Shown: positions 41,660 to 55,322 of the stretch, piece by piece
Layout of the letters: each line of letters starts with the position of its first letter
Position numbering within the stretch: position 1 is the first letter of the stretch
Assembly: GCF_001194135.2 (NCBI RefSeq)
Contig: NC_069001.1
Coordinates: 22,143,882 to 22,207,881 of the forward strand
DNA: 64,000 bases
Reading direction: 5' to 3'
Source of the DNA: Octopus bimaculoides
Lineage: Eukaryota
Program-made: the position numbers and the translations under genes
Notes under the pieces: model-generated
Databases searched by the model: none
Seen by the model: only the letters and a program-made list of their open reading frames with translations
What the model was told of the DNA's origin: nothing

Positions 41660-42189
41660 TAAATAGCTGATGGTGAGTTTGTGTAGAAAACTTGACGGAT
41701 AAATACTTATCCAACCTATACACTCAGACATATCAAAAGTAAATAGACATCAACTTTTTTCTTCTTTCTTTTGTTTTCAAAATTTATTTCCAGAAAATCG
41801 AATGCTGTTTGATGCATTAAACTCCTTAATTTCATATTTAGTAGACATGCCTAGTGTAGCCTTTAATGATTTAACTCGTTCGGGCATCGTACTAATGAGT
41901 AATGTCCGAACCGATAAAACGGGTATAATGAAGGGTATCTATTTATTTTTGAGAAGACTGTGTACGTAGTTATGTATGCCTGTGTGTCTGCATCTGTATA
42001 TTTGTGTGTCTTTGTAGTAGCGTGTGTATATGTGTTTGAGTTTGCCTGGATAAACTTAATAGGGTACATCTCAGTTCATCTACGTGGAGTGTAATTCATG
42101 AAAAGATTCATCGAAATTTTGCAATTGTGGTTCAGGGTCGTGACTTAAGTCTATTTTAGCAAAATGACAAAGAGACGAAAATATCGATT

Positions 42190-42400
42190 TCAGATTTCGA
42201 CACAAGGCCATAATTTCAGGAGAGTGGTAATGTTGATAACATCAACCCTCTGTCCACAACCGATATCTATTTCATCGACTCCAAAAGGATGAAAAGCAAA
42301 GTCGACCTCGGCAGAATTCGAACTCAGAACGTGAAGACGGACAAAATACAGCTAAGCATTTTCTCGGAGTGCTAACTACTCTACCAACTTTCCGCTTTCA
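42190..42400 (-). mobile_element. SINE family A
   Basis: Reverse complement co-linear with the 19535 copy. Confidence 0.8.
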
Positions 42401-45103
42401 AAACGATATGTTTTTATTGAAAGCAAAGACACTCATTATACCAATGTGGGGAAGCTTTCAATTAATGCAGTATTGTTAACATGTTAATATGCACAGACAG
42501 TATGGCGAACAGCTGGACGAAAATTAAACCAACCAGGTTTTGATCGTTTCTAAGAGCAATGTATGATATGGTCCTAACCCCCAACCTCCGCCATTAATAT
42601 TAGGAGGTCTAAATGGAATGATACTGCTGAATGTCATCGATGCAAAGGTTATGTATCAGGCAGCGTGTAATCATTCCTCACTGAGCACTGATGGTAGCAT
42701 AACCAAAACCTGGATATTCTTGCAGACATTTCAACATCAATAGAATGAAATTCGATTTTAATTCTTTCAATGTCGTTTTCAACTGGAAAGTCAAGGAGTT
42801 CAGTGCAAGAACTGTGAAAAGAAAGATTTCTGCATGGTACAGAAGACGAGAGAAAGCAGGTGTATTTAAAGAAATTGTTCGTGTTTCCCGACCATTCTGT
42901 AATAATGATTGTACTCTGAAATTATGGAATGGTGCGATTTGTTAGTGAAGTTTGATTGAAATCAACATATAACGGACATGTGAAAAATCAGAATTAAATG
43001 CGAAGATCTTAATAATGGTATTAAGTACGAAACTTGTGGTGCACTGTGCTTCCAGTAGAAATAGGATGATAGGATATATGTGGCTAGCTTCACTATGACC
43101 TACCTGAGTGGAGTTTTACCTAGAACGGTAGGATAGTGACTGAGATGCTGTGTATGTTAATATACAAGTGATCAACGAAATGTAATATGCTTATGAGGGA
43201 AATAACAACACTATGGACAAAGAGTTAAAATTCAACAAGTAGTGCAGGAAAATATTTGATCCATGACAGCAATGTTTATAGATGCACTCAGCTGTCAGTA
43301 GCGGTCGCATGGCTATCAGAGAGAAAGAAGGCTGCTGCTGCTGAAGGGATCTCATGTCCTGACGATGCTATGTTCCCATCAATGTTGTTTGTTGCGGCTG
43401 GACGAAGCTATAGTTTTAGAAGACGAGAAGTTGAAAATGTGGTATTTGTTTTACTCTTCAGTGTCAGAGTGTCGTAATGTTTCGGACATTATCACTTTAG
43501 CAGAATACAAAGCTAGCATGAACCTGGGGACTGTGAGAGAGAAACCAGTGCGTGTATGAAAATGGAAAATAATGCAGGAAGTAGATGAAGTGTTATTACC
43601 TTGGGGAAATACTATTCTGAGAAAGGAAATTAAAAAGCAGAAACGGATGGGTGTACAGATGCATGTTTCATAGAGTATCTGTATCTACAGATGTGCATTA
43701 GAGGTAGCATATGCATGTCCATGGGGTGTATATATTTATACAGATATGTGCAAGTACAGGAGCATGATATCGTAAGTTAGTGGAGGTATATTGTTATAGT
43801 GTGTGCATAATTCTAAAGTATATATTGTATGAAATGGTGTATTCGATGATAGGAGAGAGTTTGTGTTTGTAGAATTGAAGGTGTAAAAAAGCACATGGGA
43901 TGGCAAGAACAACGAGGAAGTTATTACTTATATGTGTGCAAGTAAATAAATAAAATCAAGAAAATTAAAGAAACTAGAGAAAAAGCTTCTTTTCAGGTAT
44001 GCGCCCGTGAATCAAAGCTATAGGGCTTTATATAAAATTCGAAAATGGAAGACAATTTTTGATAATTTTGAATTCTGAGTGGAGAAATTGAAGTCAAATG
44101 ATAGGGTACAAATGATAGGGTACAATCCAAGAAAATGAAATAACTCAGAAGGATGTGAAATGCAAGATCTTCTTACACGTGTGCCGCAGAGAGGAAAGTA
44201 AATGACTGGTGGGAGTGAGAAAGAAGAATAAATGAGATCTTCGGTAAAGGGAAGACTTAAGAAGAGTTAAGCACCAAAAATGGCTGTGAGTGGAAATGGG
44301 TGTTAAGTGGTCAATGAGTGATTAGTGTTGAAACAAAACTGACAGGTAGAAGAGGTGTCAATTAAAGCAACGAATAGTGAAGTGTTGAAAATGCATGTAT
44401 GAGAGCACGAGTGAGTCTAAGTGCATGTAACGTGTGTGTGTGTGTCTGTGTCTAGGTTATGGGTATGTGTGTGTCCGTAGAACTGTATGTATGTTCATCT
44501 GTGTATATATGATTATGTAAATAATGGTGAGAGTAGTCAAATTGTAAAAGATTTCATACATGCGTGTACCTGTGAATGTGCAAGTGTGTGTATGTGTGAA
44601 TGTCAAATGAATGTGCGAGGAGTAATATGTGTGTGTGTGTGTGTACGTACGTATGCATGTTTATGTGTGTATATATTCATATACATATATACAGTGCAAA
44701 AGGTATAACTCAAAAACAAGTTAAAAAATAAAACAAGTAGACTCATAGGTTGACGATTAGGACATGAGGAAATATCTTTTATGTTTCGAGTATTTACTCT
44801 TCTTCTGAAAGATAGGCTAGACAAAGCGAGATAAAAAATGGAAAAGCAAAATATATAGATATAGAAAGTTACTTGTATAGAGCCGTCACAAGAAAGAGAA
44901 AGAGAGAGAGGGGCATACATACATACACACACATACATATATACATATAATATATATATATATATATGTATATATACGTACATATGCATACAAATATACA
45001 TACATATTCATATACATATATGAATATGTATGTATTTTGGTACCCTCGAGTATATATATATATGTGTGTGTCTGTGTGTGTGTGTGCGCGCGTGTGTGTG
45101 TGC

Positions 45104-45332
45104 ATACCTGTCAATGCCGCCTATGCCATAAAATCTGTAAATTTAACGGAGGCCTCAAAAGACATCTTAAAATCCACAAAGGTGAGAACTTAACTGCAAC
45201 TCTTGCAGATATGCAATATATGTGGGTGTCTTTTCATAAAACAGTCTGGTTTAAAAAGCCACATGAGATGCCATGATGGTACTAAGGTGTAGGTACAGGA
45301 GATGGTCAAACTCTGTATTAGGAATAGACAGT
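45104..45332 (+). mobile_element. 3' end of an RTE-like LINE with two C2H2 fingers
   Basis: CRLCHKICKFNGGLKRHLKIH and, after a frameshift, CNICGCLFIKQSGLKSHMRCH*; short 3' UTR then (CA)n tail; no TGEKP linker. Confidence 0.55.
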
Positions 45333-45351
45333 CACACACACACAAACACTC

Positions 45352-45393
<42 letters not shown>

Positions 45394-46642
45394 ACATATA
45401 TATAACGAAATGTTTGCTCTAGTCAGTGTTTAGGCATAATCAAAATTTAAGCTAGTTAAAATATGCTTGTGACATATTTCAACTGCTAATTGGGAAATGC
45501 ACTGCAATTACCGCGAAGAAAGATATCTCTCTTATAGTAAACGGTATGAAAACGCCCGGTTTGTTCAGTGTTGCCATCTGTCAAGAATCCTAGACATCGA
45601 TGTTTCGAGTTTATTGACTCTTGTCAATGGAATGTACCTAAGAGAGGTGACTCTGAACGACCTTATAATATATATAATTCGTGTTAATGAGGTCACATAA
45701 ATTGTATTACCAAAGATGGAAAGTTCTTGTTCTAATATTGATACAGAGAGAAGAAAATATGCTATGATAATGAATTTGCTGTAGGTAAAATTCTATAATT
45801 TCATCATTTTTAGGAGTAAAAGTCCAGTAAGATAAATGTTAATGATAGACAGGAGTAAATAGAAGACATTCTATAATTTCTATTGTATTTATCGAAGTCA
45901 AGAGTGAATACAATTACTGAAGTTAGCAATTCTGAACTTCAGCAAGTAGCATCAGCATCGTTTTCAACGATTGTCATCTGATGAAAACGACGCTGAACTC
46001 ACCAGTTTGCTGACACGCTAGCATGCAACTCACAATTTGTGAATTGCTGACACTATTTCCTTCTTAAAATGCTTCCTATTTTGTTAAGTGAGCTATCGAT
46101 GCTCATTATTATCTCCTTTTATCGTATTATGATGGCTGCTATAATTTCTTGTAGTCGATGTTCAGAACCATTTCATGTTTGAAATGGAACTAAACAAGCC
46201 TGCCTTCTTGCACATGTTTTATTTGCTCCCTTCTCCTTTCCGATGCCTCAGTGTGCATACGTTGTGCTCCATGTTAAGTATCCAATAAGTACAAGTTTAC
46301 ACTGGGGTCAATGTAATCGACTTACCTCCCCACAGTCCGGAAATTGCAGGCCTTGTGCCAGAATTTGAAACCATTATTATTAGGTTTAGGTGTTGAGTTT
46401 CAGTTGACATTGGATGAGGCTTTGATTTGTTCGAAGTGTAGCATTATCTAATAACAATGTTTCACAGAACTATTGAATATTTGATAGCATTAATGCAGGG
46501 CTGGTTTTCTTGATGAGAGAAAGGAACACTTTTGCTAAAAATGTACCTACACTCTGTTGAAAGGTTTTCACTCCAGCTAGCGAGTAGGCATTTGCAACCA
46601 GAATCCAGTCTCGTGAGTTGTCACGTGCTTACCAGTCATCAT

Positions 46643-46778
46643 AATGGGTGTAATGTACTTTAAAGTTCTCCAGTATTAAAGGCAATATATTTCTTAATTA
46701 TATGAAATTTTTACTATCATATAATTAAGAAAATATTGCCTTTAATACTGGAAAAATTTAAAGGACATTACACCCATT
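46643..46778. mobile_element. Near-perfect palindrome, probably a hairpin MITE
   Basis: Arms of about 62 bp, GGGTGTAATGT..TTAATTATATGA / TCATATAATTAAG..ACATTACACCC, around a ~11-nt loop. Confidence 0.7.
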
Positions 46779-49765
46779 TTTCAAGGTTATTTAGGATGTC
46801 TCTGTGGTGATCAGACTTTTTGTGCAAAAGAATTATATATTTAGGTTTTCGGTATGGATAATTTTTGGAGTTATTTAGGTCGTAGATGACACTGAAAATG
46901 CTTACCAATTTCAGATTAGGTTCTACAGTAAACAGCGATACCATATTGATTTATTATTTGCTTTTATCGGTTGAGCTAAGATTGCGGTTTTATTAAACAG
47001 GCAATCGTCTCTATAAATTGATTTTCATGGAACAGAAATTTGAACTTATAGTTTCAAAGAAGCAAGCAACCAGCAAGACTTACTGACATCTGTAGAGTCA
47101 CTCGCTCCTAGGTTCACATCCTACGTAGAATTTGTCTCCATAGAGTTACTAAAAAAGATAAGTGTGGTTTAGGCTATGAGAATGACTTCTTTCATATTAT
47201 CTGCATTGTGTGTAACGGACGAAGCATCATCTAAAACTTTAAGTATGAAGGGCTTAGTTATTGTGGTATAGTGGACTCAGAGACAATTTACCAAATTAAT
47301 GACTGATTGTGTGTAGCTTAAACATAGGAAATAACTTTTTGCAATGAGGAAATAGCGTTTTGTTTAAATAAGAATTTATCCAGCGTTTGCTTGTTTGTTT
47401 CAATTTTTCTGGTTTGATGACAAATAAGATTAGTAATGAAGTTGGTTTTGAAATCCTTAAAAGTGAATCGCAATTATTTATTGTTTATTGGTACTTTTCT
47501 CTTGTCAATGTTAACATTGCTCTGAAAAGAAGCTGTGTCCTTGGATATTAAGGTCACTGAATATATTTCAATATTTCAGAAGACCAATTTCATGTGGAAA
47601 TGATGGAGTCTCACCGTAAACAGGTGTAGGTGACTGTACCGACATCAGAAAAAATGTTAATTTTGTTTTTACTGAACATATATATTTATCTATAATTTCT
47701 TTTCATCTACGTTTTCTTTTTCACCTCATTACGTTTCCCTTTTGTTTTTTCCATTACTTTCCCCATAAAGAATATTACTGTTCATAAGACATGTTTCCTC
47801 GCAATTTCTTCTTCTGTAATGAACAACATTTATGACCTGACTTGCCTAGCCTGTTGTCTCATACCGAGCATTTCCTTCAACCACTCAGCAGTTTATATTG
47901 TTCACCTTTATCCTCTTAACATGAGCTTTTAAAAACCACAAACTTTCACCTAATGCTCTACTACGCATTCACTCCCAACTAATATGCAAAGAGTTATTTT
48001 TGTCACCATCTAAATGTTTCTTCCTACGACATTTTGTAGCATCACAGTTAAATACACACAACTACTACCCTGACACACCACAGCAAGTTTTTTCGTCTAA
48101 ATTCTTCTCAAGACATCTCTATTTTTCTTTCCTTTTCTGCTTTTCTTTCTCCTTTATATATTCATCTTCCCTTTCACTTCCTTGTTTTCCATCTCAATCT
48201 TTAATTCCCTCTGCTTTAACTTCTACTTCTATTATTTAGCACTGCAGCCATTAAATTCCGCACCCATCACCATTTTCATGACTGTTGAGACCTATTACTT
48301 CTTAAATTGGTCTCAAATTTTAACGTTAACCACTCACATTTTACCAACCATCGACCACCCTTCGTATTGGCATTTTACGCTACACTATATATGAGGATAC
48401 TTTGGAAATACCTTACGAGGCGACGACCGTCCCTTACATAGTTTTCAGTTGCTGTCTGGCAAGGCATAGCACGCGTTCAGCCATTCTGCCAAGTATATGG
48501 CGAAGTCATGGTGGATAGTGAAGAGGTAACGAACGGAAGAGCACAGTTGAACCAACGGAGTTTCTGCTATTGATGCTGAATGGAGGAATCCTAGAAGATA
48601 AACGGCCAGGATCACCAAGCACTATCAAGAGAGTAATTGCGTCGCATCCATAGAAATGGTGTTCGTGGTTGTGTAATCACCTAATGAAAGATTCTCTAAT
48701 TGACTCAGTCTTTCAGTTCAAATTCATAATAACAGAATTGGATGACAACTGAGAATTATGGGAATCCGCGAGAACTGCAGCAATATATAACACTTGATGC
48801 CTTTCTTTTTCACTTTGATTTTATTTTTTATCTTTATATATATTTCTCATTCTTATTACTGCTATTGTTACTAACCTCACCTTTTTAATTTCTTTTATAT
48901 GAGTGTCTTAAACTTAATATATCTTTCATTATTATAATAATTATCAGTATTGTGTCTATTGTCATTGATTCAATCCTCCTTTCTCTCTCTGCATCACACC
49001 CTGGATTAAAATACTTATCGGCCAAACGACCTTACATTTAATGGAATTCGTTGGATAAACAGAGTTGTAACATGTGGCCATGTTATACATGCGTGCATCC
49101 GCACACATATACTCTTATGTCTATATTAATATGAATATATGGACAAATATATCGAAATATACCTATTGTTGTCTGTTTCCCATTTAATTCGTTTATATTA
49201 TATGTGTGTATGTCGACATTTTCTTTTTCTTTATATATAATTTTATATACTTTTTAAACTATTTATTTTTTATAGAAATTTTACTTTACTTCCTCTTTTT
49301 ATCTATAGTTTTCCTTTTGCTAACATTAAGGATGGTCAGCTTCATGAATTTTTATGTAACACATTAATTCCTATGATATAACATACCTTTATTTTTACTC
49401 ACCAAGCCAGGTTAATTTCGAGCTTCCATACATTGCATATATAACGGAAAAATTTTCTATGCATACTACGAGTTGAATCGTTGGTGTAACTATCATGTTC
49501 TGAGCTTCCTTCATTTGTGTTGATTTGTGAATATACAGTTGTATTGTATAATGTATAGCATGTACATTATTGTAAACATGTAAACATAGTATTATTCCAC
49601 ACTGAAATTATTATTGCATAAAGATGGCTGCAAAACACCGTAACCCTAAGGATGTCAAGTGGTTAAATAAATGCATTCTTATTTCATAGTTCCTGACTTT
49701 GTATGGTTTATATACGTTTCATGCTATTTTAAATTATTTCATTGATCAAATCTTTTGAATTTCAG

Positions 49766-49895
49766 CTCTATGGGCACTCTGGTTTACACTTCCCTGCATT
49801 GGATTACTATGTGATCTGATAGCCGTGTCCGTTAGAGGAGCTTTCTGTGATACACACACAATTCTCTATATCCATTTCTTATACTACAAATTTAC
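49766..49895 (+). CDS. Candidate exon A, signal-peptide-like: LWALWFTLPCIGLLCDLIAVSVRGAFCDTHTILYIHFLYYKF
   Basis: TTTGAATTTCAG acceptor, AC|GTATGT donor, 130 nt phase 1-2, open. Confidence 0.4.
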
Positions 49896-50562
49896 GTATG
49901 TATGCTTGCATGTATGTATTCATGTATACACACATACATATCCATGTGTATGTACAAGAAATGTAAACTGGGGGAAGGAATAAAAAATACTCTATATAGT
50001 GTAAAATATTTTAATAGTAGATGGAACTTCATTAATCGCTTATCCTAATTCCTAGTTTCCGATCTTGAGTAGATTGGAATAAGTAGAACTGAGAATTATA
50101 TATAATTGCACATTGGAAAAATATTGAATCGCATAGCATGCAGTTGTTAAATTGCAGAAATTAACAAAGGAATATTATTAGCTGAGTGGCGTTCTTTTTT
50201 TTTCCTGAAAATAGAAAATAGAAAAAAATCTTTGACACTTGGAAAATTAAAAATTATTCTATGAAATTGGTTTCTACAAAGAATAATAAACGTGTGAAAC
50301 TATATGCGAAAACTTTTATACGATGAAATAATAAATGTGCTAGAAAATATAATTCATATTGACTAAAGCCTCTATTCTTTTTAGTCGAAAGATTATATTT
50401 TTTTCGATTCAATTCCATTATTATAATCTAAACTACTTTGATTTGGCTGTTCAAAATTCCGAAGTAAATAAATACTTCGTAAAATAACTGTAAAACTAAA
50501 TTATTTCTGAATGCTCGTTTAACCAATTGTAATTTTGGAAATATATTTCCATATTAATATAG

Positions 50563-50660
50563 GTTTGATCAAAAATTGATGTATAATGCAACTTATAGCG
50601 TGACAAAGAATCGATTATTGAAATCTCAACACAACAGAGACTGCTTCTTTGAAAACAAAG
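50563..50660 (+). CDS. Candidate exon B: FDQKLMYNATYSVTKNRLLKSQHNRDCFFENK
   Basis: TAG acceptor (weak tract), AAG|GTATGT donor, 98 nt phase 2-1, compatible with exons A and C. Confidence 0.45.
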
Positions 50661-51102
50661 GTATGTTTTGGCGGTGTTGCGTTATATATAGGGGCAGGTT
50701 TTGCTTTAAATGCACGGATATCTTACTAAATCATTTTTAAAATGCGTTTTCTTTCAGACAGTTATAAGATACAAAATTAGTATTTTTCTTTGAGATAGAT
50801 TTAAACAAGGTAGGTCAAAAATTTCAAAAGTTAATCACCATTAAAAGGTGAGTTACTAGCAATTTTGCTGTTTTTTACGATACGGTTAGGTGAAGGAAAC
50901 TGAGTAGCTCTAAGTACAAGTATGACTTAATGAAAGCTTATGTGATCTATTTCTAATGAAAGCTTATGTGATCTATTGTTAAATGGAAATAAATTAAATT
51001 CAAAATACTCTACATGTTCAGCTTAAATGCTCGCATGTATCATTCAATATTAGGATCTTCTTACGCATATAAACATCACTGAAATATTTCATACACACTC
51101 AC

Positions 51103-51308
51103 AAAGGTGGTGAGCTGGCACAATCCTTAGTACGTCAGGAAAACTGGTTTGCGGCATTTCGTTTGTCATGATGCCCTCAATTTAAATTCTGCTAGGGTGG
51201 ACTTTATCTTTCATCCTCCCAAAAATAAGTACCAGTTGAACATTAGGATCGATGTAAAGCACTTAGCACCGAAATTTGCTTGCGTTGTTCTAAAATTTGA
51301 AATCAGTA
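51103..51308 (+). mobile_element. SINE family A
   Basis: AAAGGTGGTGAGCTGGCACAATCCTTAG head and family A body. Confidence 0.75.
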
Positions 51309-51369
51309 TTTACGCACACACGCGCGCGCGCGCGCACAAACACACACACACACATATATATATATATAT

Positions 51370-51531
51370 GACGGGCTTCTGTCAGTTTTCTTCTACCAAA
51401 TCCACTTACAAGGCTTTGGTCGGCCCGAGGCTATAGTAGAAGACATTTGCCCAAGGTGCCATGCAGTAGGACTGAATACGGAACCTTGTAGTTGGTAAGC
51501 AAGCTAGTTACCACACAACCACTCCTGCGCC
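51370..51531 (-). mobile_element. SINE family B
   Basis: Reverse complement of the 5647-5810 element. Confidence 0.85.
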
Positions 51532-52343
51532 TATATGTTCAACATAAAAATGAAACGGAAACTTCTGACACATATGTACAGATATAACCAGTTATTTGTC
51601 CAGTACTAGTGAGGAATATATATCTAGAAATAGGTGGCCTCCACACCACATATATATGAACACTCGCGTACGTGTGTGAAGACACAAAGAGAGAGAAAGA
51701 GCATTGCGAGGTACTAGTTTCCTTAGTATTATACAAGCTGGTTTGAATTCTAATATATATTTAAAAGATAGATTTTTGGTTTGCTATAAAAATAGAATAC
51801 ATTCAACTCGATATTTAAAGTTATATCCAAAAGATTAAGACTGAGATGAGTATGATCAGTAATGTGTGTGTGTGTCTGAGTGTGTGTTTAAAATCAAGCG
51901 CGCAATATGCATTTAAGTATAACCTAGCTGTGACAAGATATATTCATTTTCATATATATGTATGCACACACACACACAAACACACACATATACACACACA
52001 CACACACGTACACGTGTAGATATAATGGGACATCTGTTGGATATAATGGTGAAGAACGTATATCCAGAAATAAGAAGCCTTTAATATTTATATAATATTT
52101 CATGGAATCAGTATCCTTGGTTTGTTATACATTACTAAGAAATGTGGCGAAGTGTTGCAGGAAAATAAATCACTTACACCAGTCTGTTGAAACAATATAT
52201 TCAAATTAAAACCACATAATTCTGTGAAAGAAATATCATAAGAAAGATACTGACTTAAAATCAGGAAAATATATCACAATTAAATAGTCTTTTCAGTCTC
52301 AAACATATATGAATATAAATAATTTCGTTTTTATAATTTTCAG

Positions 52344-52439
52344 GAAATCAGAACGTAATCATTACGTTTATGAATTTATGTTGCAAGATTCCTGATGGGA
52401 AACCGTGTGTTGAAACAGATATTGCTGTACTTCAGGATG
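52344..52439 (+). CDS. Candidate exon C: (G)NQNVIITFMNLCCKIPDGKPCVETDIAVLQD
   Basis: TTTTATAATTTTCAG acceptor, G|GTAATT donor, 96 nt phase 1-1, open. Confidence 0.5.
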
Positions 52440-52513
52440 GTAATTTTTGCTATTTTTGTCGTCTTAAAAAGATCATCACAACACCACTTTATAAACCTGT
52501 GTGTCTCCTCCAG

Positions 52514-52671
52514 AGCGTACACTACCACGATTACTAATAAGATGGAGAAACTACAACTAACAAGGGTACAGGCTGAAAATAAGAACAGTTATAAACGATT
52601 GAAGAATGAATATGTAGTGCGTGTGTTTATTTGGCAAGAAAAAAAAAATGATCGTCCTGAAATACAAGAAC
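52514..52671 (+). CDS. Candidate exon D: AYTTTITNKMEKLQ...LKNEYVVRVFIWQEKKNDRPEIQE
   Basis: TGTCTCCTCCAG acceptor, C|GTAATC donor; open only in phase 2, so not directly compatible with exon C; RVFI.Q is shared with the 20220 exon. Confidence 0.3.
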
Positions 52672-52929
52672 GTAATCAGTCTCCCAGCAATGAAATGTGT
52701 GACTAGTTTTAATTCATTTTTTTAAAATTTAAAGTAAGAGTACTAACTACGCAAAACGTAGCATTCATTATAATACAGTAAGGTGATCAAGCGAAATACA
52801 TTAATTTACTTTTAATCATAGTAAGATTGTTTTGTATTTTTTACTAGTCAATTTAAATTGGCTAACGTGTGCATACCAAGCTTTTGAAATTGTATCTATT
52901 TTAGAAAGGATTATTATTCTTTTCTACTC

Positions 52930-53400
52930 TATATATGGATCTAGATTACAAGATAATATGTCGAATACAAGTTATTTAAATATGGTTCCTCAAGTTCTTG
53001 TGTATTAAGAGCTGTGGGCGCCATGTATATATCAAGTAATGTATGGTCTGGATTGTAATATGTGAATATGCGTGTAGGCATCTGGGTAATTGTTCAGTGA
53101 ATTTATCTATAATGCTCTCAACTTTTTTGATACAATTTTTTGTTGCATGGGGCTAAAACTATGACATTCTTCATGCTTTCGTCTATCATTGAAACTAAGT
53201 TAAATATATTTTGCCTTAAAAAAATAAAAGCGATATTTAGATCTAAATTCGATTGGTGGCGTTTCTTACTCTCCTATAACGTTGCTACCAATTTTGATGT
53301 AAACTTTTTTCTACTCCACCAAATCTCAATATTGTTATGCCAAATCGTAGCTAGGGACCATTACTATTCAAAAATGGTAACAGTTTTCAATTTGATTAAG
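52930..53400. repeat. Unclassified interspersed repeat
   Basis: 52930-53110 matches the reverse complement of 34760-34932; 53125-53290 matches 60800-60915. Confidence 0.7.
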
Positions 53401-53760
53401 AACTGAATTAGCGACAAGCTCTGAAAGATGCTGTGGGTGAGCAAATTGCGGCCTTAAGAATGTTAATCAACTTCTACAATAGTTGAATGGTTATACCATC
53501 GTTTTGTATATAGCAGACGGTATTGGCCAATGTGTTATTAAATGTCTTTTAGAAAATGATTGAAAGGTTTAAAATAATGAAATATGAAAAGGAAACGGAA
53601 AATGTAATTAAATAACATTTAAACATTTATAAAAGAATTCAAATTAACTCGAAAACATGTAATATTTTTTAAATACTTTTTTTTTTTAAATTTGTAACTT
53701 ATTTAAGATTGAAATGTTTTAGTACATTAAGTACATTAGCTGTATTGAAACACTTCGCTG

Positions 53761-54350
53761 GTTGTTTAAATGATTCAGTTCAATGGTAGTTGCAATAACA
53801 GCAGTTGCTATTATGACAAAACTAGTAATGGCCGTAATGATGCATCTAAGCCGTAGTTGTACGAACAAAGACCAGCAGTTCTAATGACAAAGATCAGCTC
53901 AATGTGAGGTGTTTTGAAACAGTTAAGATGTGGTTGTAATAGTTGTTGTAATGAAATATTTCAGCGTTGATTGTAATGAGATCTTAGAAACCTTTATAAT
54001 GACAGACCACGTTGAAAGTTTTAATGACACAACTTCGTGTTGATTATAATGAAAGTGGTAAGTGGTGATTATAATGACAAACATTGCGATGATTTTAATG
54101 AAACAAATCAGCGATATTTGTAATATTTCGATTTTCCTAAATATAGAGTTGATTATATTGAAACAAAACAGTATTAAATGTAATGAAACCGCTAAATAGT
54201 GGTTGTAATGACACCACGCTCTGGAAATAACTTTGTACTGATTGCAATAACACAAATTTTGACGGTTGTTATAAGAGAGCACAACAGGGGTTGTATTGAC
54301 AAAGTATTGCAATGACAAAGTCTTGAATGTTTCTAATGAAACAACTTCAT
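53761..54350. repeat. Degenerate 23-26-bp tandem array
   Basis: About 20 recurrences of RTTRTAATGAMAC separated by ~12 variable bases. Confidence 0.7.
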
Positions 54351-54523
54351 GAATGAGGAAGCTGCTGGCTCAATCTCTTGTATTTTTACTCTGAAGTTTC
54401 TGCAGCAAGCCAATACTTTTGACCTTGAAAGATCGTTGCCTGTTTGTCTTGCCGGGCTGAAACATGTAATTTTGTATCCGTTGAAGTTTAGATTTTAATC
54501 TTTTACTTCTTTCCAACATTACA

Positions 54524-54715
54524 CTGCGGCCATGTTGGGGCACTGCCTTGAAGAATTTTTTAGTTGAATAGATCGATCCAAGTACTTATTTTTTAAAGCC
54601 TGGTACTTATTCTATCGGTGTCTTTTGCCAAACCGTAAAGTTACAGGGTTGTAAACACACCAAGATCGGTTGTCGAGCGGTGGTGGGGGACAAACACAGA
54701 CACAAAGATAAAAAC
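54524..54715 (+). mobile_element. 3' part of a SINE (family E)
   Basis: GCGGCCATG...GTACTTATTCTATCGG...GGGGGACAAACACAGACAC followed by a (CA)/(TA) tail; recalled octopus SINE body. Confidence 0.55.
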
Positions 54716-54718
54716 ACG

Positions 54719-54761
<43 letters not shown>

Positions 54762-55154
54762 TGGTTGGTGCGGAAGACGGAGTGTAAATTGAGGATTTAT
54801 TTAGTACAACAATCATTTCGGCTTCGTTCTGCACTGCTCTCTGGTGGGTGTGAGACGATCTAATAACATCGGATGCAACGCACAGTTCAGGAACCCTGAT
54901 CTGGTGATGTAACATGCTTCAAAAGTTATAAGATTCACATCTCGCTTCAAGATTATATACTGGTGATGACCTGCTAGCTGTTCAGACACATGGAAGTCAT
55001 AAGTGGTGAATGTGCTCGGCAGGCACACAACTTAGGACTTCCCGAAATAAGGTTTAGCTACTGCATTTAATGCCTCCTTTCTAAACCACAATTTTATATT
55101 TTTAATTAAATTTATACATACATACATACATATATATATATATGTGTATGTGTA

Positions 55155-55208
<54 letters not shown>

Positions 55209-55322
55209 CAAGGCTTTGGTCGGCTCAAGGCTATAGTAGAAGACGCATGCCCAAGGTGACACGCAGGGGGACTGAACCCGGAACCATGTGGTTAGGAAGC
55301 AAATTTCTTACTACACAGCCAC
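55209..55322 (-). mobile_element. SINE family B
   Basis: Reverse complement of the 5' part of the 5647 element. Confidence 0.8.

Noticed and set aside
45952-45996. 15-bp-stem hairpin containing CTGATGA
   Set aside because: No downstream GAAA/stem III arrangement; an isolated hairpin with no further support
50930-50978. 24-bp tandem duplication TAATGAAAGCTTATGTGATCTATT
   Set aside because: Ordinary local slippage duplication
52391-52425. CTGATGG...GAAAC motif
   Set aside because: No stem II pairing or NUH triplet; better explained as part of candidate exon C
53761-54350. CRISPR-like appearance (..TAATGAAAC repeats with spacers)
   Set aside because: Repeats are about 12 bp and degenerate, spacers about 12 bp, there are no cas genes, and the context is eukaryotic
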